A stretch of DNA of 60,074 nt, counting the filler, from Basidioascus undulatus (Eukaryota): NCBI GenBank assembly GCA_000826855.1. It is 6 parts of 6 records of this genome, joined end to end, with 100 filler letters (N's around TTAATTAATTAA, not from the genome) between each part and the next. Parts side by side here need not be neighbours in the genome. Positions count along the whole stretch, not along the records: positions 1 to 27,035 come from JTLS01000172.1; 5 more parts are not named here. One strand, 5' to 3'. A program made the translations under genes and the position numbers. Position 1 is the stretch's first letter. Every line of letters starts with the position of its first letter. The notes under the pieces were generated by a model. The model had not been told where the DNA came from and made no database searches. It saw only the letters and a list, made by a program, of their open reading frames with translations. Shown here piece by piece: positions 12,806 to 25,454 of this stretch.

Positions 12806-14625
12806 ATGTTGCGCAGTCCCCAGCAACAAGATCCCACCGTGCCTTCACCGACGCCCACGCTACACGAGGCATCTCCATCGAGCTCGCAAAGAGCCGCGCG
12901 TCCTGGCGCGGACACAGCGAAGCAGGGCCCCCAGGAGGAGGCCGGAATGGATGTCAGGAGGGAGAAGCGGGCCACTTAGAGGGGGCACATGGCCGGGACA
13001 ACGAGCAGAGCGGGAAAGAGGAACCGGATCCCAATCTCGTTATGTTTCCCGAGGGTGACCCAGAAAAGCCAAAAGATGTGAGTGTCCCGTCGAGGCGATG
13101 GCGAACCGTGCTTGCTGAACGGTCCACTCGGGCTTTCAGTTCCCATGCGACGCAAAGTCGCGATTACCGCACTGTGCTGTCTTCTCACTGTGAACGTAAC
13201 CTTCGCTTCAGCTGCACAATCCCCGGCCATAACCGTGATTGTGCAGGAATACGGACTCGGAACAACGCCGGCTCCCCTGCTCACTAGTTTGTTCCTCTGT
13301 GGCTAGTACGTCTCGTTTTGAGAACGGCTGGATCATTTCTGATCTTCCCTCTGCATTCAGCTTTGCCGGCACTTTACTTCATGATTCTAAATCGAAGCCA
13401 TTATGGCGGCGGATACTCACTGTCGTCGTGTCTGGACTCACAGGCTCCCTTCAGCGAGAGGTTCGGCCGCAAACCGATCTTCTCAATAACTCTGACTGTA
13501 TGTCGCAGCGTGAGGGCGAGGTCGATGCAGCTGACCGATGGTCTATCCTCCATATCTACGCCCTGTTTACGATCAGCGACGCCCTCGCAAAGAACGTTCA
13601 AACGTTGATGATTTGCCGGTTCCTGGCGGGTCTCTTCGCTTCTGCACCGCTCACGAAGTATGTCTCTATCCACGATATCATAAGAGACCACACCACTGCT
13701 TTTCTTACAGCTGCGGCGGTGTCACCGCCGACTTGTTTGGACCCGTTGGTCGCGGCGTGAGCTTGCTTCTGCTGGCTGCATCCCAGCGCCGGTCTTACTC
13801 TACGTACACAGCCTGCACTGAGCTGTTTCAGTGGATCAGTATTCGTTGGGCTTCGTTGGGCCAGTCATTGGCCCTGTCATTGTACGCAACCTGCTGCAAG
13901 CTTCTCGGGAGGATAGGACCGCTGACTTCGACTTGGTTGCGCAGGGCGGATTCGTCGTACAAAGCTACTTGGGCTGGTATGGCTTCCGGGACTGCTGTGT
14001 GTTTCGCGTGCTGACAGCCCTTACGCAGGTGTTGAATATTATAGCTCATAGAAATATCCCGTTTTTAGGCGCGTAAGCTCCGCAAGGAGGATACCCAGAA
14101 GAACGGCGCTCTGTGGGCCCAGGCAGAACGCCAGGACTTCTCGCCGAAAGGCATCCTGCACCGCACACTCCTCCGTCCTTTCGAGACGTTTGCCCTCGAG
14201 CCCATCTTGGTCCTGATTAAAGTCTACCTCTCATTCGTCTACGGCCGTGAGTCATTCGTGAACCCTGGCAGCAGTGCTCATCAGATGCGACTCCGGTGCT
14301 GTATGCGTTGTTCAGCGCCTCCCCCATTATCTTTGAGCAGCTCCGTGGCTTCAACCGGGGCTTGAGCGGATGCAGTACGTCGTTTATTTGCTTCGGACCT
14401 CCGATCCTTCCCTGACGGATTACCTGTTGGGTCACAGTCTTCTTTGGGGTATTGATCGGCACAACGGCTGGGTAGGTCAAACCTCGCCCTCCTTTCCAAC
14501 ATTGCCGTACTGAACTGAGCGCTCCATTATGTGTACAGGCCACCCTGAATTGTTCAACGCCACTACTGTGAGCTTACGAGCAAGTGGCGTGGCAGCCCAC
14601 CCCTCGAAGAAAGGCTAATAGGTCA
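12806..14625 (+). pseudogene. Decayed MFS drug:H+ antiporter (DHA1 family)
   Basis: DHA1 motifs are present (DPEKPKD, APFSERFGRKPIF, CRFLAGLFASAPL, GPVIGPVI-GGF, RPFETFALEPIL, PPLEERL). There is a frame change near 12960, a stop just after the acceptor at 14028 with the TM6/PET exon missing, and no recognisable C-terminal helices. Confidence 0.7.
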
Positions 14626-17559
14626 AGCATTCGACTCCGGTCTTCAATGGCGAACAACCTTTCTCAACATAGAGAATTGCCTCGCAGGTGGTATGTTCGC
14701 TGGTCCGCTGCTCGGTGTTCGATATGGATACCAAGATTAATGACGGAATCAAGAAGGTTAGAGATGGGAAGATTCGGTATAGGGCTGTTTTGAAGGCTGA
14801 GGAGAAATAGAGGCCTGTTAACGCTTGTAGAGAAGGATAATGACTCAAAACGGGTCAGCAGTGGACAGCCAATAGTCTTCAAATTTTACAGAATGGTTTG
14901 TGGTCGGTGAACCACTTAAAAGGATCTCAAGAGTCGCATTTTGCGTTTTTCTGCGCATCGAGCGCTGATTCTGCAAAGAACATTATATTTCTAGCACCTG
15001 CGTTTTGAAGTGGATTTCAAATTATCATTTAGAGACAACCTCCCCAAACAAAGATTGCCCCGCGAACGCACTCATCCCTTTTTCTGTCTTACCTACAACT
15101 TGCATAGTAGAGGTGGGAATGGGACGTGCGCAATTGGGAATATGCTCGTTGTTCCGTAAAACCGGTCCTTCGAAAATGTCCTCCACGGGTCCCGGTTTGC
15201 CAGAGGAATTCCCTAACCCAACCGCTACCATCTTATTCGCCCGTTTCGACACCGCCCTCCCCAGCTCCCATCGCACGACTCGCTGGCTCTCCGGCCCAAT
15301 GTTGAGATTGCAGCTTCTGTCGACATCGGCCTAATTATCTCACCAGCCGACTCAGTAAACGGTACTCGCAGCGTCCCGGCGAATTTACTGCATACGCGAG
15401 TGAACACTGGACGCGTGAATGCATATGTGCCAGACCAAACTTGGCCGATTCTGGTCGTTTCGTGCTTGAACTCTTTCGCGTGGGTGAGTGCCTTGTACAT
15501 GTGAAGACGCTCAAGGCTGTGGCCTCCCTCCTGCGTGCTTATGTGTCTCTCATTTCCAGCTTCGCACAAGGCATATCCGCTTTAATCATGTCCAAACCCA
15601 TAATGATGGGTAATATGTAATTGCCGTTGCACGGTAAGTCGGTGTAGTCTTTAAATTTCATCACAATGAATGCGGCAAATGCTCAATGTATTAAATACAT
15701 ATAACAGTGCATCGTAATGACAGTGTTCGTATCGTAACGGGGGCGTGACGGTCGCGCAGGGAGAGTTACAGGGGAGGCGGGACGGGAGACACAGGGTAGT
15801 GGTATAACGGCCGATGAGGATAGGAGGTGAGCGGGAAAGAGGACAGCGCGAATGTCAATCCAAAGGAAAGAAATGGCCCGGGACCTAATAGACCAACTGC
15901 GGTAGCCGCCACAACCTCGCCGTCGCTTTGCAATTGTCGTTCACTCACACGGTCTCCCTCACCCGCGCCTTCCAAATCACCCATATCCATCGCCAGGGCG
16001 GAGGATACGTGAGTAAAGTCTCGTCAAACGCGTTTCTGGACATTCTCACGAACAGCACGGTCTCCAGTAACAGCGGGAGACTCGAGCCCTTCGATCGATT
16101 CGATTCCCGCGCCATGCCTGCGTCCGAAGCGGGCTCGATGCACAAAGTCGTGCTTCGAGTGGCCGGCGAAGTAAGGAGAAATGCGAAGGGGATCCGCGTA
16201 AGAGGTGCCAGAGGAGAGGTCTTGAGTGCCGGTTTCCGATGCACGTGTGAGTGCGCATCGCTCCGTCTGCGTTTCCCGTAAAAGCTGACGCTTCTACATA
16301 GGCAAGTCCGTGGACCTGACAAGCCCCGTTCTCGCAATACGCGCAAGCTGCCAGAACCCGGCACCGCGGTTTCGATACGGACGTCGGAACAAACGACGAC
16401 GGCGTTAGCCTGTGGCCATCGCCCGCACTGCCGAACTTCGCATTCTGAATGTTGCATGTGCAAGGTCATGAAAGACGGAGCAGTCAAGCTGCCGTACCTG
16501 AGTACGGTGCCCCTCTCTGGCAGCTCTCGACGGAGCTCAGACTGAATGGCTTTTCTGTAGACTTAGTAGACTTTGGGCAAGCGGCAGAAATGCGCGAGAT
16601 CTGGAAGGAGGAGGCTCGACGGTACGCTCTAGCTGCACAGTCGTTCTCAGATCGAGCAGCGCACACTGACCTTGGCTCGGAACAGGCTGGTCTGGTCTGC
16701 AGCATCGGAAGCGGTCGGTTTCCCTCGATCTCACGTAACTTGGAGAACATCATATGACACTTCTACACTACTCGCACCAGCTGGATCCGCTTCTCTACTC
16801 GCAAAGTCCTCCTCTAAACGTCGCCCAGCCCCGCAACTTCGCATTGTGCTTCGGAGGAGAAGCTCCTTTAGCGAAGTCGGTAGACCCCGGGGGTAAGAAA
16901 CCGACCACTTACCACATTTGTGCATTCAGGCTCCGCATTTCCGCCGTCACAACATTTGGGCGTTGGACGCCGGCCTGAACCCAATTTCATACATGTTCTC
17001 GGGAGTCGACCGTCTGCGGCTCGCTTTCGGGGGAGACCATCAACGGGCAACTCACCCAGATAACCGGTAAGATTCACTTCTAGCTCAGGTTTAACGCACC
17101 ACATCTTTTTCCCACAAAGCATTGCGTAGACGTAGCCCTCGAAAAGATCGAAGCTGCAGCCGGACCGGCCGGACCATGTTTTCGAACACTGCACGTCGCT
17201 CCGCTTAAACCTCGCTGGTCATCGCCTCGTGCGAGGGTTTCGACAACCAATGTAAAATTTAAACCTCAGCTCATTTTCTCAAATGCGCGGGGATGTCGAC
17301 TTCTTTAGAAGGGCGCAGCCAAGGCAGCGTTGATACCCCCTTGCAGAGAGAACTGCTCGTGCCAACTTTACAGTGATTAAGGATTGTCTGTGAGATACAC
17401 AAGTATGACAATTAGCTGAACAGACAATGTAAAGGGTGGGCGATTCGAGTGGAGAAGCTTTCTCTTTGGCAATTGTAGGCCCGTCAAGAACGCGTGACTG
17501 GAGCTTGATAGCGACTCTCCGGTCTTCCCGCGTGCCTTCTTACCCTCATAACCTCCAGC

Positions 17560-19713
17560 ATGCTCGTACCGCGCACAGTCAAAAGAAAAGCGGCACCAAG
17601 ATTAACCGGAAGCTCATCTGCTTCAGCTTCCAGGGCCTCCGTGACGCCTGCGCCCGCGCCTGTGGCAGCACCTCCTCGACCAGCACCGACCTCGGACGAC
17701 CTCGCGCTTCAGTCCGCACTCCTGCTCAGCCTGGCGCTCTCCGCGCACTCGCTATGGGCGCACACGCACGTAGCTTCTCATGCACGTTCCCACTCAGGCT
17801 GTTCGTCCTTATCCCAACTCGGAGCGGATCAGGCATGCAGCTGACCCTCGTTCTCTCCACAGGGATCCCCTTACCCCACCTCTTTCGACATACGCCCTTC
17901 CTGTCCGCGCTTCCGAAGCAGTACAGCGCGCAGCCGGCAACGCTGGTCGCTGCGCTGAGGAAGTTTGAGGCGCAGGTGGGGGTGGAGGTCCAGCTCGAGC
18001 CGGAGCGGGGGACGTTCGAGGTGCGGGGGCGGCGGTGGGAGGAAGAGATGGCACAGGCGGATATGAGTATGAGCAAGGAGGATTGGGACAAGCGGACGGT
18101 GTATTTGGTGCGTTCCCCTCAGTCTTGCGGTCGCGAGGCCCTCTCACTTGCGAGGATGACGCAGGAGAACCTCCCGACCCCACCCTGCTCGAACCTCTCA
18201 TCCACACTCCTCTTCCTCCACAATCTGCATCCTTCCTCAACAAACATCCACTCGCTCTCTTTCCCCCCTCTCTACTCTACCGCGCGGCATCCTCAACCCG
18301 AAGCGGACGTCCCGCCGTTCAAGGGATTCGCGTTCGTCGTGCTGGGGAGTGAGGACGAGGTGCAGAGCGTGGTGGAAGAGTGGCCGTGGAGACGGAGGAA
18401 GGCGGCGGAGGGCGAGGCGATGGAGGTGGACTCCTGGTCCGGCGGTCGCGATGATGCGCCGAAGGGAGAGGTTCGCGTTCTGGCGAGGAGAGCGGAACTG
18501 CGGGCATTGCGGAAGTGCGTCTTCATCTCGCTCCTTTTCTCCTCTCGTCCCTCAATCCCACTGAATGTCTTCCACCATCCCATCCAGAACTGATTGGAAT
18601 CGCCTTCGCGACGAGTACCTCGCGCACCAAGCGCACCACCGCGCCCTCGCTCGCTCCCATCCCCCGCCTGCCGCAGCCTCCTCCCGAACCCTTTCCGACG
18701 CCCCAACACCCGCGCCATCCTCTTCGCCAAGCTCTTACATCACAGCCCCGTCTCCGAATTACCCGCCCAACTGCGTCCTTTTTATCAGCCACCTCGACCC
18801 TTCGACGAACAAGACTGCGCTCCGCACGCTGTTCACCTCCCTCCTCGAGACCGAAGACCCTGCTGTTGTCGACTATATCGATTGGAACAAGGGGATGGAT
18901 TCGGTGCGTCCCACTCTCGCTCTCACCTCCTTCCCCCATCTTGCCGCTCAGCGCGTCGCCCCGTTCGACACAGTGTCACCTGCGCCTTGCCACTTCCACC
19001 GCAGCAGCCACGCTGCTCTCTGCGCTCCCGGCACAGCTCGAGGGCGAGCTCCTGCAAGGGCGAAAGGAGGACGTGTACTGGTCGGCCGTGCCGGAGCACT
19101 TGCGGCTGAAGGCGCTCGAGCGTGCGCGGGGACCGGGGGCTGCGAACGGTGAAACGTCGATGCGGCCCCGCACGCGCGCGCAGTCCCAACCCGTGCAATC
19201 ATCAGCGTCGGCGACCTACCCGCAGAACTGTGTCCTCTTCATCCGACATGTCGATCCTGCGACCAACAAGACTGCGCTCCGCTCGCTGTTCACCTCGCTG
19301 CTTCCGGAGGGCGAGGACCCCTCGGTCGTGGACTACATCGACTGGAACAAGGGAATGGATTCCGTACTTCCCTCTTCCTCCTTCATCACCTTCACCCCCC
19401 TCTGCCCGCTCAGACTGACCCAACATCGCCCCGCAAAACGCAGCTTCACCTCCGCCTCGCAACCTCCTCCGCCGCCTCAGCGCTCCTGTCCGCGCTCCCC
19501 GCGCCGCTGGAAGGCGAGCTCCTCCAGGGACGGAAGGAGGACGTGTACTGGGCGGCTGTGCCTGAGCATCTGAGGCTCAAGGCGCTTGAGCGTGCGCGCG
19601 GGACGGGCGCGGGGGAGGCGGCGGGCAATGGGGAGGTGGAGGGAGTGAGCAAGAAGAGGAGGAGGAGACGGGGAAGGGGCGATGAGGCAGGAGGAGAGGG
19701 CGGGGGAACATGA
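17560..19713 (+). CDS. La-related protein, LARP7/p65/Pof8-like: La-module region, RRM1 and two tandem xRRM domains
   Basis: RTVYL-ENLP (RNP2) and FKGFAFVVL (RNP1) mark RRM1. Two copies of YP.NCVLFI..TNKTALR.LF..VVDYIDWNKG.DS-.HLRL..LEGELLQGRKEDVYW carry the xRRM hallmarks (Y-x-D, conserved R, E..YW helix). A basic KKRRRRR patch precedes the stop at 19711-19713. Confidence 0.8.
18760..19602 (+). repeat. Intragenic tandem duplication (copies about 18760-19131 and 19217-19602) of the xRRM exon-intron-exon unit
   Basis: Near-identical coding blocks, such as aacaagactgcgctccgc and gaaggaggacgtgtactg, occur twice, each with an intron at the same codon position (18904-18973; 19364-19443). Confidence 0.95.
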
Positions 19714-19834
19714 AAGTCTTTGACGTCCCGACGAAATGGCTTGGTTGATCATTGCACGCGCCGTCGCTGCGGGTCGGTGGCATGGCCATGTGCCACGGTC
19801 CCTCCTGAGCGCGTCAATATTCTCAATCCCCACC

Positions 19835-20266
19835 ATGCGCAGGGACCTCGACTTACTCATCCTGCTCAAAGTCCACGTCACCCACCCTGGCGTCCTGACG
19901 ACCCTGACCGACATCGCCATCGCCATCGAAATCCTGGTGGAAACTATTGATTGTGTCGAAGAGTACGACTCGATCCGCAGCGACATTACGGAGCCCGGAG
20001 CGCCGGACGAGCATCTTTTCCAGCGGATCCTCAGCCCGAGCACGGGTTTCACTGACAGATTGGCCGCGATTCAGACTCTTCGCGCGGCGATACAGAAGTT
20101 GGACAAACTTGCTGTACGGCTCGACGGGCTCGACTCGAAGACCAGTCCCAGCGCCGCCATTACCCACAGCCCGAGGTTTTGCTGGCGGCATGGGCGGCCG
20201 TCGAAGACCAATTCCCCACGGTTTGAAGGGTTGGGTGGGGAGGTGGAATGTTTCGCGGCATTATAG
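19835..20266 (+). CDS. Hypothetical small helical protein
   Basis: caccATG context and an intronless 143-codon ORF with amphipathic helical character (MRRDLDLLILLKVHVTHP..AAIQKLDKLAVRLDGL). No family recognised. Confidence 0.35.
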   Translation: MRRDLDLLILLKVHVTHPGVLTTLTDIAIAIEILVETIDCVEEYDSIRSDITEPGAPDEHLFQRILSPSTGFTDRLAAIQTLRAAIQKLDKLAVRLDGLDSKTSPSAAITHSPRFCWRHGRPSKTNSPRFEGLGGEVECFAAL

Positions 20267-21350
20267 GAAGGTACAGGTGCTCGGGGGATGAACTGTATTG
20301 AATAGGGGTCTTGGGTTTCATGGTTGCGATGGCGAGATGAATGGTTTTAGTCGACAAGGCAGCGTGAAGCTGAAAGATGAGCAGTGAGGTCTAGTCAGTG
20401 GCCAGGCGATGTGTGCACAGCTCCAAGAACTCCTTGATCTAAGATCTGGTTGGACTAAGGGGGTACTTGGGTCCGTCAAGAAGCTTGGCGGTACGGTCTG
20501 CAAAGCACAAACAGCGTAAGCTACGTATTGCTGTGGGACTGATGCCCGGACTCCAAAGCTGTTTGTAGCGTTACGTGAAGCAGGGAGCCTTTAATTTTTA
20601 CTCTAGAACCAATATTGGCCGAAAAACCAAGTTGGAGGTCAAGCTGGGCCGAGGGTGAGGCATGGACTACGAAAGCGAGCCGGACTTCGAAGGCCCTCAA
20701 CATACAGCTCAGTTATATGTTGCATTAACCTTTCAAAGTGGGCTATAATGCACGGGAAACTTTACCAGTGACGCAACCATAACGTGAAAAGGGGGAAACT
20801 TGTCAAGGGAGAACTGCGATGGCCCGGACCTCAGGCGCTGACGCGACACAAAGGACACAAAGGTAAATTTTCGCCCGAGCGTCCTTGCCTGTCACCTTGT
20901 CCGCTTTCCACCATCCCTCATCCTCCTCAGGCTCACCAATCCTCAAGTTGCGCTTCTTCGACCCAGCTGCACCGGCCTCCGCTCACAGCATCTCCTCTCT
21001 CATGTTCCTGACCTATGTCTGCAGGGCGCTGTTCGCCGCTCTATTTGGGAGATATCGAAACTAGACGAGCATTTTGGGGGTTTAGGCTATCAGTCAGTAG
21101 TTCAGGCCAGTCAGTAGTTCGAGCCTTTATCACGTTGTATCTTCAATATTACTACAAATGAGTTCGAAGGGAGTGTTACGGGAGGAAGTAACAAATTTCG
21201 GTGGGGAGGCTGTGTGATCACAATGTACCTATGTTTCGCGAAAACAACGACATGGGTGCAACAACATGGGTGCCCCTCTCCCGGCCCCTCTCCCCTACCT
21301 ACCTACCTACCCTTTGTCTCCCGCTCTCTTGCAACTCAATCGTTCGCATC

Positions 21351-22500
21351 ATGACACCAGTTGACTACCTTCCGAAATCTGGTCGCATATCTTCGAGTTA
21401 CTCATCGGAGGGCGCACCAACTATGGCCGAAGAGAGGCGTACAAACCATTCGATGGGGCTTCGATTGCGCTCGTTTGTCGATTCTGGAATGTGGGTCTTC
21501 ACCCCCTCGCATACCTCCGGGGTCCCGAACCTGAAGACTTGTGTACTGTTCTTTAGTATTCTTCCGAAGCCTTGCGATATCGCTCCGTTGACCTTGAGGG
21601 TCCGCAATCCATCGAGGCTTTTGACCAGCTCCTCATCTCGCTCGACCTCGCCGGGCGCCAGCCTCTGCGGCACACAGCAGAGCTCACCCTCTTCATTTAC
21701 AAGTCGTTAGAGTCGAAGGAACGGTTCGAATACCTCGATTGAAGCTGTGTTCGGCACATCCTCTCATTCACCCGCAAACTCGTCCGGGCTTCGCTCGGGA
21801 AGTCGTAGGACCTTCAACGCTCCATGCACTCAGCATCAACACCTGCACCCTTACATCCCTTACGATTACCGTCAACGCCTTTATTGCTGCAGCTCTGAAC
21901 CTCCTCTGGAACCTGATTCAGCTTCAACACCTGGAGCTGACCATCGACGAGCACTCTCCTTGGCCTTTATTCATTCAACCCGAGCCATTTTGCCTCGATA
22001 TTCTCGGGACTCTCAAGCTTTCGCTTCACCATATCAAACCGAGCACCAGGTTGTCCGTTTTCTTGCGCGTTGCGAATTCCCCTCGCTGCATACCGTCCAC
22101 TTCAACGAGGGTCCTGCAGGCGCTATTCGACCGTTATTGGAAACACATGGGCCTTCAATCCGTTACTTTGACCTGAGTCGGACAGTGAATCTTCTCTCGT
22201 TCTGCTCGCGCCTTAAACACTTGGGCCTATGCCTTGCCTCGTCCGACGACATTCAGGCGCTCATTGGAGCTCTTCCTCCTTCGCTTTCAACCATTCACCT
22301 TCACGGCGCACAAGAGACGCTTTATACTGCATATCGACATCTCGTGGGCGGTGGTGCTCATTTTCGGTCATTGAGGGGGGTTAGCCTTTCGTATCTTCCA
22401 GCAGAAGATCATCGAAGGTTTCCAGACGAGGTCGAGCCGTTTATCTCTCAGCTTGCTGCCAGGGGAGTCGAGGTGGGGAATCTTTTAAAAAGACCTGTTT
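21351..22500 (+). pseudogene. Frameshifted F-box/LRR-type gene
   Basis: ATG at 21351 gives MTPVDYLP, which needs a frameshift to continue as EIWSHIFELL..IALVCRFWN (F-box-like) and then meets a stop. LxxLxL repeats (LTSLTI, LQHLEL, LGTLKL; FPSLHTVHF, LKHLGL) are split between two frames near 22030. The end coordinate is approximate. Confidence 0.65.
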
Positions 22501-22782
22501 CCGTCTGTTGTGAAGTCATGCATGTCTGCAGTGGATCTGGTGCGCACTTAAGTCTCAGATGGAACTGCTGGCTGCTACCTTGTGCTATCGCCGAATGGTC
22601 TGAATATTCTCGTATCCATCTCCGTTGACAAGACGCGCTACGTATCCCAAGCATCTGAGCTAGGCACATGTCGCAGTGTGTTTGAATGCAGCACGTCTAT
22701 ACGCATCAAGTCCGTGGCAGCGCGTCGGTCGCTGCACGATGGGCAAACGCATGCTTCGCACCCGGTAGTTCACATATGCCCA

Positions 22783-25454
22783 TCAATCCTCTATCCTGAA
22801 CCTCTGTCTGAGTACTACCCCATACTTGAACAAAATGAGCGGAGCGGGTGCCGCTGGCAGTGCGATGCACGCCAAAAGGGTTCCGCCCCATCCCCAGTCC
22901 AGCATGACGAAAAGATCCTGAGCGAAAATGGGAAGGATGGCGGCGACCACTGAGCGGCTGCGGTATGCAAAGGTGACGGCTGTCAAGTCAGTGGGGTGTG
23001 CGTGAAAGGAGGAAAGCTGTTAAGGGAGACGCACAGGAAAGACGCGGCGGCGATTGCTGCTGCCGAGTACTGTTGGTATTAGAGACAGGTCGGGTAAGGA
23101 TCGGGGCGGACAAACTTCAAGTGCTGCCGACGACTCGCCGGAAAAGAGAAGTCGACGAGGAAGACTTGAATGCTGGAAAGGGGGTGAGATTCTACGGTGA
23201 GCATGTATGCTATGTACGCAAATAATTCGAGCGTACGAGTTGAACGCGAGCATGAGCCTGAAAATCCGAAAGAATGCCAGCATGTCAGTCCTGTGCAGTC
23301 CTTCACGATTGCGTACCGCACTCACCCGTACGCAATTATCGCGAGGCCGATCAGGTGTGCTATCCAGTGCGTCTGGGCCTGCGCAGTCCAACCCTGCTTG
23401 CGTAACGGCATCAGCGGATGTCCGCCCGTCGTCGAGGCAGGACGCTGACCCAAAGTAGAAGGCCGCAGGGGAAGATGATCATGCCGATCTGCGGCGCTCC
23501 ACGGATCAGCTGGATCACTAAACCGAGAGCTCAACGGGTTAGCGTACCTGCGTGAGCACGAGCCGGTACTCAGGTCTCCCCTCGCCGCCGTTCTGCTTCG
23601 ACAGGCGGCGGTAGATCCTGTCTTGAGCGATGGCGGCAGTGAACGCAGACGTGAGGAACCCGACACCTGTACAGAGTGCGCAGTCAGCGTCGAAGGTAGG
23701 TGGAGATTAAGAGTCTGGAGGCTTACCCAGACCGATGTACGCAAGACCCCAGGTCTTCTCGTCCCACGCGTTGGAGAACAGCCCGTCGCGAGCCCGTTCG
23801 GCCGAGAAAAGCATCGGAACGGTGACGAGGAAGACGTAGATGATCCCGTAGGTATACGCACTGCAGGGCTCGTCAGAAGCGAGTGCGTTATTGGGAATGA
23901 AAGGAAGCTGACTAGTAGACAGAGAAGATCTGAACCCCCGGCGGGTAAGCAACTTGTCCGGGTGTCGCAGTGAAGAATGCCACGTACAGCGCAGACCGGG
24001 TTACCGAACAACAACCTCGGAGGCCTCGAGAATGTCCTACTAAACACCGCCTTAATCTCAGGCGACAGCCTCAGCTTGGGTACGAAGCCCTTGCGCTCCA
24101 CGCCCGCGGTCGGCTTGGGCGGGGCGGTCTCCGCCTCGGTGAGCGCGTCCTCCCGCGCAAGCTTGCGCTTCAGCGCGCTGTAGGAGACGCCTGCGAGTAA
24201 GCTGCGGCTGGGGAGAAGGGAAGAAGAAGAGTGGATGGACGCACGGTGCGTAGGACTCGCGCATGAAGAGGAAGGTGAAGATGAAGTTGACGGCAGTTGC
24301 TACTGTTAGGGCCCGGAAAATCCAGCGGAAGCCGGCGAGGACGAGATAGCTGTGTGGGGAGAGGTGTCGTCAGGGAGGGGTTGAGGCGCGCGAAGCTAAA
24401 GGGCGCACGATCCGAGGAGCGTTCCGAGCGTTGGGCCTAAAGATCAGTTGCAGGATCAGCATGGGCTTTCGCAGCACCGAGGTAGATTGCAGTAACGAAC
24501 CGAGCATTGGGCCCTACGAGAAGCGGACGGTGAGCGGACGCGATTCATGAGCTTCAACCACAGATACGCACAATGGCGTACACCGATGCGGGTCGCCCGC
24601 GCTCTTGTGGTGTGAAGCTGCACTAAGATTTCAGCAGTGTTCCCTTCAGGACCGGGAGTCAGAAGAGCTTGTGAACTGACAGATCCGAAATGCTTGCGAG
24701 TCCGAGGACCGGGCCTGAGGAACGCGCCAGGATGAGGGGCTGCATGCGTTTGAAAGCGCTTGTAACGCACCAACTGAGCCGCAGAAACCCGCAAAACTGG
24801 CATTCCGATATCTTTAGCTCAAGGAAACCGGATGAGGTCGAGAAACGACATCACAATCGCAGGACGACGAGGCCAGACAAACTGCAGAGCGTTGCGTCAG
24901 CTTAGAATGCGCTAGCATAGAACGTGGGCGTCGAGTTACCTCTTCGTAAATGAGCAGCCCAAATGCAGGGGTATCAAGACTGTGGTGGTGTTAGTACAGG
25001 CAGGAAGAGGCAATCGACGTCTGGCAGACGCACAGAACAGCGGCCACCGGTACGCGGGCTGTCGCCCCCACAGCTCCGCGATAGGTGCAAAGACGAAAGG
25101 GCCGAACCCTAGTTTCCGCATACTATCGTCAGAATCTCCCATGTGTGAACACAGAAGATGTGACAGACCTAGACCGAGCACGTACACGCCCACCACGAGC
25201 GTGATGGCCCGCTGGTCCGTAACCGCAAAGTCCTTCGATATTTGGATCGCGGCGGGGGCAGGCATTGACGACCCGGCCGTCCTGTGGATGTCTTCAGTTC
25301 TTCTTCAAGGGCGCAGAAAATAACACACGCACGACAGGAAGCCAGTCAAGGAAACAGTCAACACATTTGCCCACTTCCGCCCGTTCGACCAGTTACGCGG
25401 ATTTCGAGGGTCCTCCTCCCACGTATCTAGAGCTTTCTCATCCTTATCCGCCAT
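22783..25454 (-). CDS. MFS transporter, DHA1 (drug:H+ antiporter) family, many introns
   Basis: MADKDEKALDTWEEDPRNPRNWSNGRKW, GPFVFAPIAELWGRQPAY, LASISDL, GFRWIF, MRESYAP, FSRPPRLLFGNPV, GRPEYRL and final LFVMLDWGWGGTLLACIA..FKYGVVLRQR..*. Confidence 0.9.

Noticed and set aside
21091..21120. Direct repeat CAGTCAGTAGTTC x2 (and TTCAGATCTAAG x2 near 1327-1354)
   Set aside because: Two short copies only, with no spacer array or element between them; probably slippage. Not CRISPR-like.
23919..23929. ACAGAGAAGAT, matching the U6 snRNA core
   Set aside because: Only 11 nt match, the flanks are not U6-like, and it lies antisense within an MFS intron.
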